A stretch of 64,000 nt of DNA. Source: Vampirovibrionaceae bacterium NZW_1234. Lineage in GTDB: Bacteria > Cyanobacteriota > Vampirovibrionia > Vampirovibrionales > JAGQHJ01. Location: the NCBI GenBank assembly GCA_041697335.1, contig JBGUGD010000001.1, forward strand, positions 32,001 through 96,000, in the 5' to 3' direction. Positions 1 to 9,223 of the stretch are shown piece after piece (position 1 is the stretch's first letter; each line of letters starts with the position of its first letter). The notes beneath the pieces are model-generated. The model ran no database searches. It saw only the letters and a program-made list of their open reading frames with translations, and was not told the DNA's origin. The position numbers and the translations under genes were made by a program.

Positions 1-458
1 CTGTGTTCCAGGCGCTGATGTTCCGGCTGTGATTCCAGCCATGCCAACTCCGGCTCTGTTAGGTAAAGGCTTTCTCCCAGGGGGCGGGATTGCGACCCGG
101 GTTGAAAATCAATACCAATGCCACAGGCCATCGCGGGGTCTTGGTGCCCAATGGCAAACGCCCACGGCAGATGATGGGTGAGCGAGTAGCGCGGATGCGG
201 GAAGGATAATCCGGTTGTGTCGGTTTGGTCATCCCCACAGGCGTGCATCACCTGTTTCAGAGCGGCCCGTGCCCGCTGCCAGGAGTCTTTCTGCCGCACT
301 GAGGAAAGGCTCTCGATCACGGCGATTTCTTCCGGGCTCCAGAGGATGTTTTCATGAAGGTGATCCCGTGCCGAAACAGCGACCGGGATGTTCCAGTGCG
401 CTGAGAAATACTGCGTTAAGTCCCTTGTCAGTGTGTCCCGGTCGAAGGATGTTGTCAT
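1..458 (-). CDS. 4'-phosphopantetheinyl transferase (Sfp/EntD-like), 3' end outside window
   Basis: Absent from the ORF track; my manual translation from ATG 458 stays open to base 1: MTTSFDRD...WQRARAALKQ...RYSLTHHLPWAFAIG...GIGIDFQ...LTEPELAWL. SLTH and GIGID motifs fit PPTases. Confidence 0.7.
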   Translation of the reverse strand, partial: MTTSFDRDTLTRDLTQYFSAHWNIPVAVSARDHLHENILWSPEEIAVIESLSSVRQKDSWQRARAALKQVMHACGDDQTDTTGLSFPHPRYSLTHHLPWAFAIGHQDPAMACGIGIDFQPGSQSRPLGESLYLTEPELAWLESQPEHQRLEH

Positions 459-633
459 CGTTTTACACGTCTGTCCCTGTCATGATTCTCGCAGGATAGA
501 GGGTTTGTCTTGGTCTCATGCGTTCTGTGTTCATTATATCGCGGCATGATAGCTGACGCATAACGGCCCCCTCGTTTCGGGTTTGGGCTTCGCTTCGCTG
601 GTTAGGGAATCCGAGAATGACCCAGGCGTGATA

Positions 634-1116
634 TCAGGGGTAGGCCAAGGGGCGGGACGGGACGACGATGGTGGACGTGGAGCGGATGACGGGTTCCTGG
701 GCTTGGTTGTAGGTCATTTGCCGGAGCTTGACAATGCCTTGATGGGGCTTGGAGTTGGAGCGGCGGATGGCAATGATTTCGGTTTCCAGGCGGATGGTGT
801 CGTTGGGGCGAACGGGCTTTAGCCATCGCAGTTCTTCCAGCCCAGCGCCAATGAGGCCTCCGGCAATCGGGAGGCTTTCGGTGAGCAAGCGCATGGTGAT
901 GGCGGCCGTATGCCAGCCGCTTGCGGCCAGGCCCTGGAAAAACGTCTCCTTGGCGGCCTCCTCGTCCAGATGATAGGGCTGTGGGTCGAACTCCTGGGCG
1001 AAGGCTTTGATGGCGTCCGTGGAAACGCGGTAGTCTCGGGAGACAAATGTTTGTCCCACGGCTAAGTCATCCAGATACAGCTGTGTTGTGCCGTGATTGG
1101 CTAGGTGGTCGGACAT
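634..1116 (-). CDS. MaoC-family (hotdog) dehydratase
   Basis: LYLDDLAVGQ, FDPQPYHLDEEAA, GLAASGWHT, LRWLKPVRPND; GGAGG RBS before ATG 1116. Confidence 0.88.
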   Translation of the reverse strand: MSDHLANHGTTQLYLDDLAVGQTFVSRDYRVSTDAIKAFAQEFDPQPYHLDEEAAKETFFQGLAASGWHTAAITMRLLTESLPIAGGLIGAGLEELRWLKPVRPNDTIRLETEIIAIRRSNSKPHQGIVKLRQMTYNQAQEPVIRSTSTIVVPSRPLAYP

Positions 1117-1257
1117 GGGGCCTCCGGCAGGCCAATGGCCTGATCTCGCTGCGGTTGTCATGGAATTGGATTCATTGAATCACGTCCACGCAATTCTGGA
1201 TATTGAGGGGTTTGTAATACCAATACCCCTGTTTCACAGATTGAGGGATACACACGC

Positions 1258-4200
1258 TTGATGCCTCTGTTGCCCGTTGGGTTTCTGCACCATGCCTCCC
1301 GCCTTGGGGCGGGTCAGCGCCATCTTGGTGACCCTATTTCCCGGCCTCGCTTTGGGTCGGATGCAGCGTCGCCCTCAGCCGAAGACGCGTCCCCGGGGTA
1401 TGGGCGTCGGATCTCGGCCTCACACGAACAGGCGTTGGTGGCCCGCCTTCGCGAGGGGGATCAGGAAGCGTGGCTGGAACTTCATCAGGCGTATCTGCCC
1501 TTTGCCCGCTATCTGGCGCGTCTGAATCAAAATCGCCATGGGCTTGATGTGGAAGAGGTGGGCAATGCCTGCGAGTTTGGGTTGGCCATGGCCATCGAAG
1601 AGGTTAAGAAGGAAGAAGTCAAGCAACCAGAGTCTGCCGAGGAAACGTTTCTCAAGCGCATTACCCGCCATGCCAATCGGGCCCTGAATGAGGCTCGGGG
1701 GAAAAACCCGTTGGGCAGTTCCTTGAATGCGCCCATGGCCAGTGATTCGGACACAACCTTTGCCGCCCTGCTGGCTGAAGACACCTTGAGCCCCGATGAG
1801 CAGGCCGCTCAGGACAAGAAGATCCGCATGGTTTTGCAGGCCTTGCCGTGCCTGACCTTTATGGAAGAAGCCGTCGTTATTTTAGGGTTCGGGTTGAATA
1901 CCCGGGTTCCGTTGCCGCCGGAAGAGATAGGCCAGCGCCTTGGCGTGTCGGCGGATACCGTTCGCAAGTATACCGATGCGGGTTTGGACAAGATGACCCA
2001 GATCTACCGCTGGAAGGCCTCTAAGCGCAACCGGGGGGATCAGGCCTCGGTGCCCATCAAGCGGGTCAATGCCCTGGCCAAACTGGTGGAAGACAAGCGC
2101 GCCATCCGGCCCCTGGTTCAGCGCCATTGGGATGCCTTTACCGAGGCGGAGCAAGCTACCCTGCGTCGTCTGGTGTTCATCCAGATGTCGCCGGAACATG
2201 CTGCCCAGGAACTGAAAATACCGGAAGAAAGGCAATACCGGCATGCGGTTGATATTCTCAGCAAGCTACGACAGTTGGTTGGGGTTGAAGCCCCGGTTAC
2301 GGATGCGTCTCAGGAAGACGCTGAGTTTTTGAACAACTTGATTCGCCTGACGGGGCTGACGAAGCTTCGGCCTCAGCACCTGGATTGCCTGACGTTACAG
2401 GAACGGACGCTCTTGCGCTTGTCCGTGGGCGAGGTAGCTTCGGATGAGGAGGTTGCTGATACCCTGTCGATACCTTTGGATGCAGTGGCCAAGGGGCGGG
2501 ATGAGGCCATTGTGAAGCTTAAACAGCACTTGCAAAAGGGATCGACCGGCTTTCGGGCCACCCGTCAGTCTGTGACCGCCGGATTGGATCAGGTTCTCGA
2601 TGACCACCATGTGGATATTCTGGCCCAGCAGTGGGAAGAGGGCCAATCGGCCCAGGCTATCGCCGAGGCCAGTGGGGGGCTCAAACGCTCGACGATTACG
2701 GGGCGGATTCAACACGCCGTGAAGGCTCTTCGGGAGTCTCGTGAATTGCCCGCCGCTGCGGTAAAGGAAGCCCTGGAGGTTCCGGTGACGGATGACCGCT
2801 TGGCCCAGGCCCTGGTGAAAGAAGGCATTCAGGGGCTGACGCCCCGGATGCTGCAAACCCAGCTGACGGAGAATCAGCGCCAGGTGCTTCGATTGCGCCT
2901 AAAAGGCTGGAGCTATGCCGACATTGCCCGGCATCTTGAACGTACCGAGGCGCCCATCAAGAGTACGGTCGCCCGGGCGCTGGCCAAGCTCAGGAAAGTG
3001 GCCCAAGCCAACGACATCCTGACGCCGCTCCACCAACACGGGTTGACCCAAATCCGATCGGAGGATCTGGCCCCACTATCTCCGCGTCATCAGCAGTTGC
3101 TGGGGCTTTACTTTGCCAAGGGGCACCATCTTAGGCGGTTTGTCAACGAGATGCAGGCCGTTTCCGGGGCGGATACGGTGAAGCAGTTGGAGACACGTTT
3201 GAGTGCGGCTGTCGAGGCCCTGCCGCCCCAGCAGAAGTCTTATCTGACCCTGCGGTGTGACTCGGAGAAAAGCTTCAGCGAACTGGCACGGGACCTGAAC
3301 ACCGGCTTGTCCCAGGTGACGCAGGCGGTCTATGCCGGGTTGGTCAATGTCGAGAAAAGCATGAACCCGGTCACCCTGGTTTCTCAGCTTCAGGATGAAG
3401 GCTTTGTGGCCCTGGATGAGGTGTCTCTGAACGCGATTTCCGAGCCGCACCAGGCATTCTTGAGGGCCTATCTGAACGAGGGCTTCTCTCTGGCCGGGGT
3501 GGTCCATCGGCTGCCCAAGGGGGCTTCGGGCAAGACGCTTGCAATCGGGCTTGCCCAGGAGATTGCCGCGGGCTTTGAGAAGGTGCCTCCCCGTTCGCTG
3601 GACATTGCCCTGCATTACTGGACCCATGACTGTCAAGACGGGGCCGTTACCCAGAAGTATGGCTTGACGGCTTCGGGCAGACGGGATCATGTGGGTAAGG
3701 CCTTGTCTATCCTGGTGCCTGCCTTGGGCGATGTGTCCCTGGAGCAGCGGTTGAAACGATTTGGGCTGGACGTGGGTGCGAGCACCCTGGGCTTGTTGTC
3801 CGAGAAAGAGCGGGGGATTCTGGAAGCCTATTTGCGCCAAGGCCATGGACTGGAGACGCTGGCCGCCAACCTGGCCGGGTTCCCGAAGGGGACGGTTTAT
3901 GGGCAGCGCTTTGTTGACGAGATTCAGGCCGCCATGGGGGCGATGACGGACAAGCAGCAACAGGCGATGGATGTCTACCGGCAAAACGGCTTTCGCATGC
4001 AAGCATCTGCCAAAGCCTTGGCGGTGAACTTTCATTCGGTTCGCGCCCTGTTGGCCAAGGGGTGTGTGAATATGGCCCAGGTCTTTTCCCAGGGCAGCTT
4101 GGCGATGAAACTGCATCACCAGGGCTTTGCCCATATCCGGCCGGAGGCTTTGAAGGCCTTGCCGGAGGAGACCGGTCGACTGTTGCGCCTGTATCTGGAC

Positions 4201-4494
4201 AAGGGGTATTCCCTGGCACTGGTGGCCAAGCCGGTACAGGGCAATGAAGCGCAGTTTGTTCCGGCCATCCAGAGTGCCCTGAAGGGCGCACTGGCGGGTC
4301 TGCGGTCCGAACCCCAGCGCCAGGCCTTGAGTCATTATTGCAGTGGGGATCTGTCCTATGCCGATGTGGCCGAGAAAATGGGGCTGGGACGGGATGCCAA
4401 AGACCCGGCGGGGATGTTGATCCAGGCAGGCTTAAAAATGATGCGTCGCAGTTTGGAAGGCGAACACCTATCCGAGGGGACGGACCGCCCGTAG
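1258..4494 (+). CDS. Giant sigma-70-like protein with tandem region-4 HTH repeats and RFG leader
   Basis: Region 2-like GDQEAWLELHQAYLPFARYLAR...GLAMAIE, region 3-like SSLNAPMASDSDTT, region 4 LTFMEEAVVILGFGL...EEIGQRLGVSADTVR, then many more units such as LTENQRQVLRLRLKGWSYADIARHL. Confidence 0.75.
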   Translation: MMPLLPVGFLHHASRLGAGQRHLGDPISRPRFGSDAASPSAEDASPGYGRRISASHEQALVARLREGDQEAWLELHQAYLPFARYLARLNQNRHGLDVEEVGNACEFGLAMAIEEVKKEEVKQPESAEETFLKRITRHANRALNEARGKNPLGSSLNAPMASDSDTTFAALLAEDTLSPDEQAAQDKKIRMVLQALPCLTFMEEAVVILGFGLNTRVPLPPEEIGQRLGVSADTVRKYTDAGLDKMTQIYRWKASKRNRGDQASVPIKRVNALAKLVEDKRAIRPLVQRHWDAFTEAEQATLRRLVFIQMSPEHAAQELKIPEERQYRHAVDILSKLRQLVGVEAPVTDASQEDAEFLNNLIRLTGLTKLRPQHLDCLTLQERTLLRLSVGEVASDEEVADTLSIPLDAVAKGRDEAIVKLKQHLQKGSTGFRATRQSVTAGLDQVLDDHHVDILAQQWEEGQSAQAIAEASGGLKRSTITGRIQHAVKALRESRELPAAAVKEALEVPVTDDRLAQALVKEGIQGLTPRMLQTQLTENQRQVLRLRLKGWSYADIARHLERTEAPIKSTVARALAKLRKVAQANDILTPLHQHGLTQIRSEDLAPLSPRHQQLLGLYFAKGHHLRRFVNEMQAVSGADTVKQLETRLSAAVEALPPQQKSYLTLRCDSEKSFSELARDLNTGLSQVTQAVYAGLVNVEKSMNPVTLVSQLQDEGFVALDEVSLNAISEPHQAFLRAYLNEGFSLAGVVHRLPKGASGKTLAIGLAQEIAAGFEKVPPRSLDIALHYWTHDCQDGAVTQKYGLTASGRRDHVGKALSILVPALGDVSLEQRLKRFGLDVGASTLGLLSEKERGILEAYLRQGHGLETLAANLAGFPKGTVYGQRFVDEIQAAMGAMTDKQQQAMDVYRQNGFRMQASAKALAVNFHSVRALLAKGCVNMAQVFSQGSLAMKLHHQGFAHIRPEALKALPEETGRLLRLYLDKGYSLALVAKPVQGNEAQFVPAIQSALKGALAGLRSEPQRQALSHYCSGDLSYADVAEKMGLGRDAKDPAGMLIQAGLKMMRRSLEGEHLSEGTDRP

Positions 4495-4639
4495 CCTAGA
4501 GTTGGGAAACCGGGGCCGATTGTACATCCTCAGGCACGCCCGAGGTTTGGATCAGAGGTTGCCACTCTGGGCAATGGATAGTTCTGTGGCCAGCGCCATA
4601 ATGAGACGGTACGTCGCTTTGCCTAAGGGAGCTTGTGTG

Positions 4640-5140
4640 ATGCAAACCATTCGAGAAAGTCTGGAAATTAATGCCCCGGTCTCACTGTGTTATCAGGTGC
4701 TAACGCAGTTCGATCGCTACCCCCGGTTTATGCCCCACTTCACGTGCGTGCGTCCCATGGAGGATGGCACCTGGTATTGGGAGATGGAAGGCCCGCGGGG
4801 GCAGGAGGTGTCCTGGACCATTCAGGTGGATGTGATGATGCCGGATAAGGTCATTGTCTGGCACAGCCTGTCGCCCTCCTCCAGCGGTCTGTCGGGGTCC
4901 ATGAACCTGCAATCGCTTCAAGGGGATCGCACCAAGCTGGATGTTGCCGTGGCCTATGAAACCGGGGTGTGGGCTCGGGATATCCTGACTGAGATGGCCT
5001 TTCATCCGGCCCATCGGCTGAGAGAAGACCTGGAAAAATACAAGCTGCTGGTCGAGCATATGGCCATGCGGTCCGATGAGGTCCAGGAGCAAACGGGCGC
5101 GGATCCCTACGCCGAAATCCCCATGCCGCGCAGGTCCTAG
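4640..5140 (+). CDS. SRPBCC / polyketide cyclase-dehydrase family protein
   Basis: IRESLEINAPVSLCYQVLTQFDRYPRFMP...WHS...LREDLEKYKLLVE; RBS AAGGGAG before ATG 4640. Confidence 0.85.
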   Translation: MQTIRESLEINAPVSLCYQVLTQFDRYPRFMPHFTCVRPMEDGTWYWEMEGPRGQEVSWTIQVDVMMPDKVIVWHSLSPSSSGLSGSMNLQSLQGDRTKLDVAVAYETGVWARDILTEMAFHPAHRLREDLEKYKLLVEHMAMRSDEVQEQTGADPYAEIPMPRRS

Positions 5141-5234
5141 AGGCCTGTACGCGACGGCGGCCCTCCTGATAAAATAGGGGTGACATGGGTCAAGCCTCGC
5201 CCCGATTGTTATCAGTCAAGGAGTATCCCTGCGT

Positions 5235-5540
5235 ATGCGCGTCATTGTGGACTTGTGTGTTGTTCCCTTAGGTGTCGGTGTGTCTGTTTCCCAGTATGTG
5301 GCCGCGTGTGAGCGTGTGTTGCAGGAGGCGGGCCTGTCCCATCAGCTGCATGCCTATGGCACCAACATCGAAGGCGAGTGGGACGAGGTGTTTGCGGCCA
5401 TCAAACGGTGCCACGAAACCGTCCATGCCATGGGGGCGCCCCGCATCAGTACCACGGTGAAGCTGGGGACCCGCACCGATCGGACCCAAACCATGGATGA
5501 CAAGGTCAAGAGTGTCGAATCCAAGCTGGCCTCGTCTTAA
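5235..5540 (+). CDS. MTH1187/YkoF-family thiamine-binding protein
   Basis: DLCVVPLGVGVSVSQYVA, LHAYGTNIEGEWDEV, GTRTDR...DKVKSV. Confidence 0.9.
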   Translation: MRVIVDLCVVPLGVGVSVSQYVAACERVLQEAGLSHQLHAYGTNIEGEWDEVFAAIKRCHETVHAMGAPRISTTVKLGTRTDRTQTMDDKVKSVESKLASS

Positions 5541-5620
5541 CCGCTCCCCGGGGGGAGAGATTATCCCGGACCCAGAGACCTGGAGAGCTAGAGAGAGGCC
5601 GAGGGGCAAGGAGGGATGAT

Positions 5621-6112
5621 GTGATTTTCAAAGAACAGGCATCGCGTCGGGCAGACCGCTTTGATGCGTCAGGCTACTCCTGGAAGCCGGGGATTGATTA
5701 CCGCACCCATCCGGAGCTGTATCGGGTGGGCAAAGGGGAGCAGGGGGTGTTGATTTGTGAACCCTATAAAACGGAGATTTTGCCTCACTGGCGTTTTCGG
5801 GACCCGGAGACGGCCCGCCAAAGCAGTGCGCGGATCTATGGGTTGTTTCTGGACTACCTGGCCCAGGGGGATTTTGTGGGGGCCGATATGGCCCGAAAGT
5901 ACCTGCAAATGGGGTATACTCGGGCACGTCGCTATGCCAACTACCGGGGCGGCCGCAAGTATGAGCCCGAGACGGGTGAGCCTCTCGCCCGAGGGACCGG
6001 GGACCCGGTGAAAGCCGAGAGTGCGGAGATTTTTTACGCCAAGTGGCAAGAGGCTGAAGCCCACCCCGAATATCAGGCCTGGAAAGCGGCCTGGAAGCGG
6101 CAGTACGGGTAG
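5621..6112 (+). CDS. DUF4385-family protein
   Basis: YRVGKGEQGVL.CEPYK.EILPHWRF, DFVGADMARKYLQMGYTRARRYANY.GGRKY. Confidence 0.85.
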   Translation: MIFKEQASRRADRFDASGYSWKPGIDYRTHPELYRVGKGEQGVLICEPYKTEILPHWRFRDPETARQSSARIYGLFLDYLAQGDFVGADMARKYLQMGYTRARRYANYRGGRKYEPETGEPLARGTGDPVKAESAEIFYAKWQEAEAHPEYQAWKAAWKRQYG

Positions 6113-6127
6113 TAGGGGAGTCGGACG

Positions 6128-6496
6128 ATGGCCTTGCCCAATCGGACCTGTTTTTGGGTCAATTTGCGCGATGCCCTTCAGTGTCGTGCCTGTGGCCGAC
6201 GGCCGGAGGGGGCGGAGAATTATCATCGGGGGTTTGAGTATCATCACCTTCAACCCAAATCCCAGGGCGGGAGCGATTCGCCGGAGAATCTGGCGGTGGT
6301 GTGTCGGCAGTGTCATCAGTCCTTTCATGGGGCGAACGTCGCTCCAAATGTAACTGTGGGGCCCTTGCCCGAGGTGTTTGCATGTGCCGTCTGCCATGGG
6401 GCGCTTGACCCCACCCAGGTGGCGATGAACTGCGGGTGGTATCATTGTCATCATTGTCAGGAGACGACGCATTTGTTCCGGCATTTTTATGGCTAA
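6128..6496 (+). CDS. HNH endonuclease with additional Cys-rich Zn-binding motifs
   Basis: CRAC...EYHHLQPKSQGGSDSPENLAVVCRQCH; further CAVC and CHHC pairs. Confidence 0.85.
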   Translation: MALPNRTCFWVNLRDALQCRACGRRPEGAENYHRGFEYHHLQPKSQGGSDSPENLAVVCRQCHQSFHGANVAPNVTVGPLPEVFACAVCHGALDPTQVAMNCGWYHCHHCQETTHLFRHFYG

Positions 6497-6509
6497 TCGG
6501 CGCCGTGGT

Positions 6510-7352
6510 TCAGAATTGGATGGCCTGGGTTTTAATGCGCTTCAGCTCCGATTCACTCAGTGGCGGTTGTTGAGGCTGGGGTGAATTCGGTCCGTTGTTC
6601 GCCAGGGGGGATGGATAAAGCCCACCGGGGCTGAAATACGTTGAAGGTGGGCAAGGGTCCTGGGCGAGCTTGGCCAAAAGGTCCTGCCACGCTTGGGGCA
6701 GTTGGGCGAGCATCAACAGCTTGCTGGGTTGTGCCGGGCCGGGTTGCGCCGATTCGGGTGGGGTGGGTGTCGGGGATGAGTTATTTTGAATTGCTGATTT
6801 TTGCTCATTTTTACTCACGTCGTCCGGTTGCCTCATCATGTCCGGTGTGCCGATGGGCTTGGCACTGGTTGCCTCTGGGGGTGAGTTATTTTGATATTCC
6901 GATTTTTGCTCATTTTTACTCACCTTGCTCGTGTCCTCCGCGCTGGGGGGCTCGGTGTAGGTGCGCCAGGGTTCGGGGCCCTCGCCGAAGGTGTGGGTGA
7001 TTTCCCGGACTTTGACTTTCTCCGGCATGGCCATTTGCAGGCACAGGCGAAGCACGCCGCTTTTGATCGTCTTGCAGGCCTCCCAGTTCAAGGTGCCGTC
7101 CTCGTTAATCAGCGACGACAGGACGAGGTTCACAAACTGCATGGCTTTGGTATTCAGTTCCCGTTGGGCGTCCACGAACTCCTCGGCCACTTTGAGGCGG
7201 ATTTCCTCGCGTTGCTTTCGCCAGCCCTGGCGCACAATGATGTTGCTAAGCTGCTTGGGGTCGATCTCATACATCTGGGCCAGGTGCCGAGGCTTCTCCC
7301 CCGCCATATAGCGCCCTTTGATTTCGTACCAATCGATTGACGAATCGGTCAT
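6510..7352 (-). CDS. Hypothetical protein with N-terminal terminase-small-subunit-like HTH and Pro-rich disordered tail
   Basis: IDWYEIKGRYMAGEKPRHLAQMYEID...RQGW resembles phage TerS N-terminal HTH domains; GGGGAG RBS. Confidence 0.5.
   Translation of the reverse strand: MTDSSIDWYEIKGRYMAGEKPRHLAQMYEIDPKQLSNIIVRQGWRKQREEIRLKVAEEFVDAQRELNTKAMQFVNLVLSSLINEDGTLNWEACKTIKSGVLRLCLQMAMPEKVKVREITHTFGEGPEPWRTYTEPPSAEDTSKVSKNEQKSEYQNNSPPEATSAKPIGTPDMMRQPDDVSKNEQKSAIQNNSSPTPTPPESAQPGPAQPSKLLMLAQLPQAWQDLLAKLAQDPCPPSTYFSPGGLYPSPLANNGPNSPQPQQPPLSESELKRIKTQAIQF
6777..6923. repeat. Two imperfect 42-bp direct repeats inside the CDS (VSKNEQKS..QNNS)
   Basis: 6777-6818 and 6882-6923 share TGAGTTATTTTGA..GATTTTTGCTCATTTTTACTCAC. 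Confidence 0.9.
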
Positions 7353-7655
7353 AGCCTATATCTCCCTATGTTGTCTAACCTAAAGTATCACTACTACGGG
7401 CATTATATCTTATTTATATACAAAAATGCCCGATATTTAGACATTCTTAAGAATTTATCGGGTGAAATGCCTTATGCTGAGAGGTTATTAGGGTGTGGGT
7501 TATCTGATGATCTCTGTTAAGACTGGAAAAATGGCTTTATCTTTGTTTGGAAGTAGTATCGAATAAGGTATTCTGGAGAGGGTGTGTTTGAAATGTGCTG
7601 AGAGGGCCTATGCTATGAGGTGACGAAAAGGGTGTTTCACGTAACCTGCCGCAAC

Positions 7656-7688
7656 AAAAAGGCAAGCCCGGGTTAAAACAGGCTTGCC
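7656..7688 (-). terminator. Intrinsic terminator with no coding gene upstream on this strand
   Basis: GGCAAGCC/GGCTTGCC stem followed by T5 on the minus strand. Confidence 0.65.
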
Positions 7689-7852
7689 ATAAAAGCAATC
7701 AAAATAGGAGACAGTCCTTATTAGTATGAGGACATCTGCTATTCCTGTCTTCATTCTACACGACCGGGCAATGTTGTCGAAGATGTGTATTGTGTTGCGG
7801 TTCGGTTAGGATGTTCTAAGGGATTTTGATTATTTGAATGAGGATCCTGTAG

Positions 7853-8023
7853 ATGGTGCAGATTCAACGCCAACCCAATCAACCCGATCGGTACTGGAAA
7901 GAAAACGGTCACGTGTGGGTCGAAGAGAACGGGAAAAAAAGACGGCTTAATCCTGAGGAAGTCCAAAAGGATCCTGATCTTCAGGCACTCCAAGAAGGTG
8001 TAGAGATTATCTTCGACTATTAG
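7853..8023 (+). CDS. Small hypothetical protein, 56 aa
   Basis: Manual translation MVQIQRQPNQPDRYWKENGHVWVEENGKKRRLNPEEVQKDPDLQALQEGVEIIFDY; GAGGA RBS upstream; not in the ORF track. Confidence 0.6.
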   Translation: MVQIQRQPNQPDRYWKENGHVWVEENGKKRRLNPEEVQKDPDLQALQEGVEIIFDY

Positions 8024-8533
8024 AACGAGAAGCCTTTGACATGCAGGTAGGTCCTATCGGCTGGAGCCGAGACAGCCAGCTCTGTTCTAAGCAAGCTTTA
8101 AACGATGCCGTGGGGGCGTGACGATGCCTGGTGGCATCAACGCACTTAATGTTCAGTCAAGTTTCATCCAAGGATGTGGCTGGGGGACGGGGCCATTTTG
8201 GTGGGTTCTGTTTTTCGTCATGAAAACGCCGGGGCGGATCGGCGCTCGGGAAGAGAGGGGTTCTGGAAAACGGGATTTCGGGGCTGAATGCCCCGTTTCA
8301 AAAGGGAGAAGGCAGAGACGGCTGCTACAAGTCCATTGAATATGGGATGCCCTCTGATTCCGTGAGGGATTAAGCTGAAATATATTGATTTCCGGGTCGA
8401 CGATCGTCTGAAACTTTTCTGTTCTCTCTTTCGTCCGAAATACGTTTAGGGGCGTCCTCCGGTGAACCCGGGGCCACGTTTGAAGAGACCCTGCGGTCGT
8501 ATTGCCCGTTAAACCCCTGTGATTGTTGCAATA

Positions 8534-9190
8534 ATGAGATCCCGACTAAACGCTGCCCGCTGTATCCTGAACCCGAAGACCCTGGTATTGGCCTGGGTGG
8601 GTTTTCTGGTGGCTGGCTTAATCGTTTGGTTTCAGTATGATACGGGTGCCGGTGAGCTGGACGCCCCACCGTACCAATGGCCTTCAGAAAGCACGTTGCG
8701 GCTGCACCCGCAGAAGCCCACGGTTATCCTGTTTCTTCATCCGTTTTGTCCTTGTAGCCAGGCCAGTTTGACGGAATTCAGCCGTCTTCAGCGTGCCCTG
8801 GCCGATCAGGCCCAATGGTATGTGGTGTTCAGCCAGCCCGGGGAAATGAAGACCTACTGGCAGACCAGCCCGTTATGGTCCAAAGCCCAAGGCATGCCCT
8901 CGGTGAAGCGGGTCCTGGATCACCAGCGCCTGGAATCCCGCCGCTTTAAGGTCAACACGTCCGGGGAAGTCATGCTGTACACGGCCGCCGGAAAACTCCG
9001 GTTTTACGGTGGTATTACCCCTTCCCGAGGTCATGAGGGTGAAAGCGTCGGTCAGAAGCGCTTGATTTCTCTCGTCAGGTCGGATAGTTCCCTCCAGGAG
9101 CGCCTGGAGCATCCTTTTCAAAGTTTCGTATTCGGTTGTCCGTTATTTAAACAGGAACAGAAAATGCGGACTGTGTCAGCTCCCATGTAG
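8534..9190 (+). CDS. RedB-like exported thioredoxin-fold protein
   Basis: N-terminal TM, FLHPFCPCSQASL, TSGEVMLY, FYGGITPSRGHEG, VFGCPL, as I recall for Myxococcus RedB-type proteins. Confidence 0.7.
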   Translation: MRSRLNAARCILNPKTLVLAWVGFLVAGLIVWFQYDTGAGELDAPPYQWPSESTLRLHPQKPTVILFLHPFCPCSQASLTEFSRLQRALADQAQWYVVFSQPGEMKTYWQTSPLWSKAQGMPSVKRVLDHQRLESRRFKVNTSGEVMLYTAAGKLRFYGGITPSRGHEGESVGQKRLISLVRSDSSLQERLEHPFQSFVFGCPLFKQEQKMRTVSAPM

Positions 9191-9223
9191 GTTTCGCTCA
9201 AGGCTTAAGGAGAAGACCCTGCC

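Noticed and set aside
3076..4335. 419-aa minus-strand ORF, and similar long ORFs at 9440-10837, 17078-18106 and 21979-23298
   Set aside because: Antisense shadows of well-supported genes, with no recognisable motifs
8041..8500. Riboswitch or structured RNA upstream of the RedB-like gene
   Set aside because: Only scattered short hairpins; no family motif I could recognise
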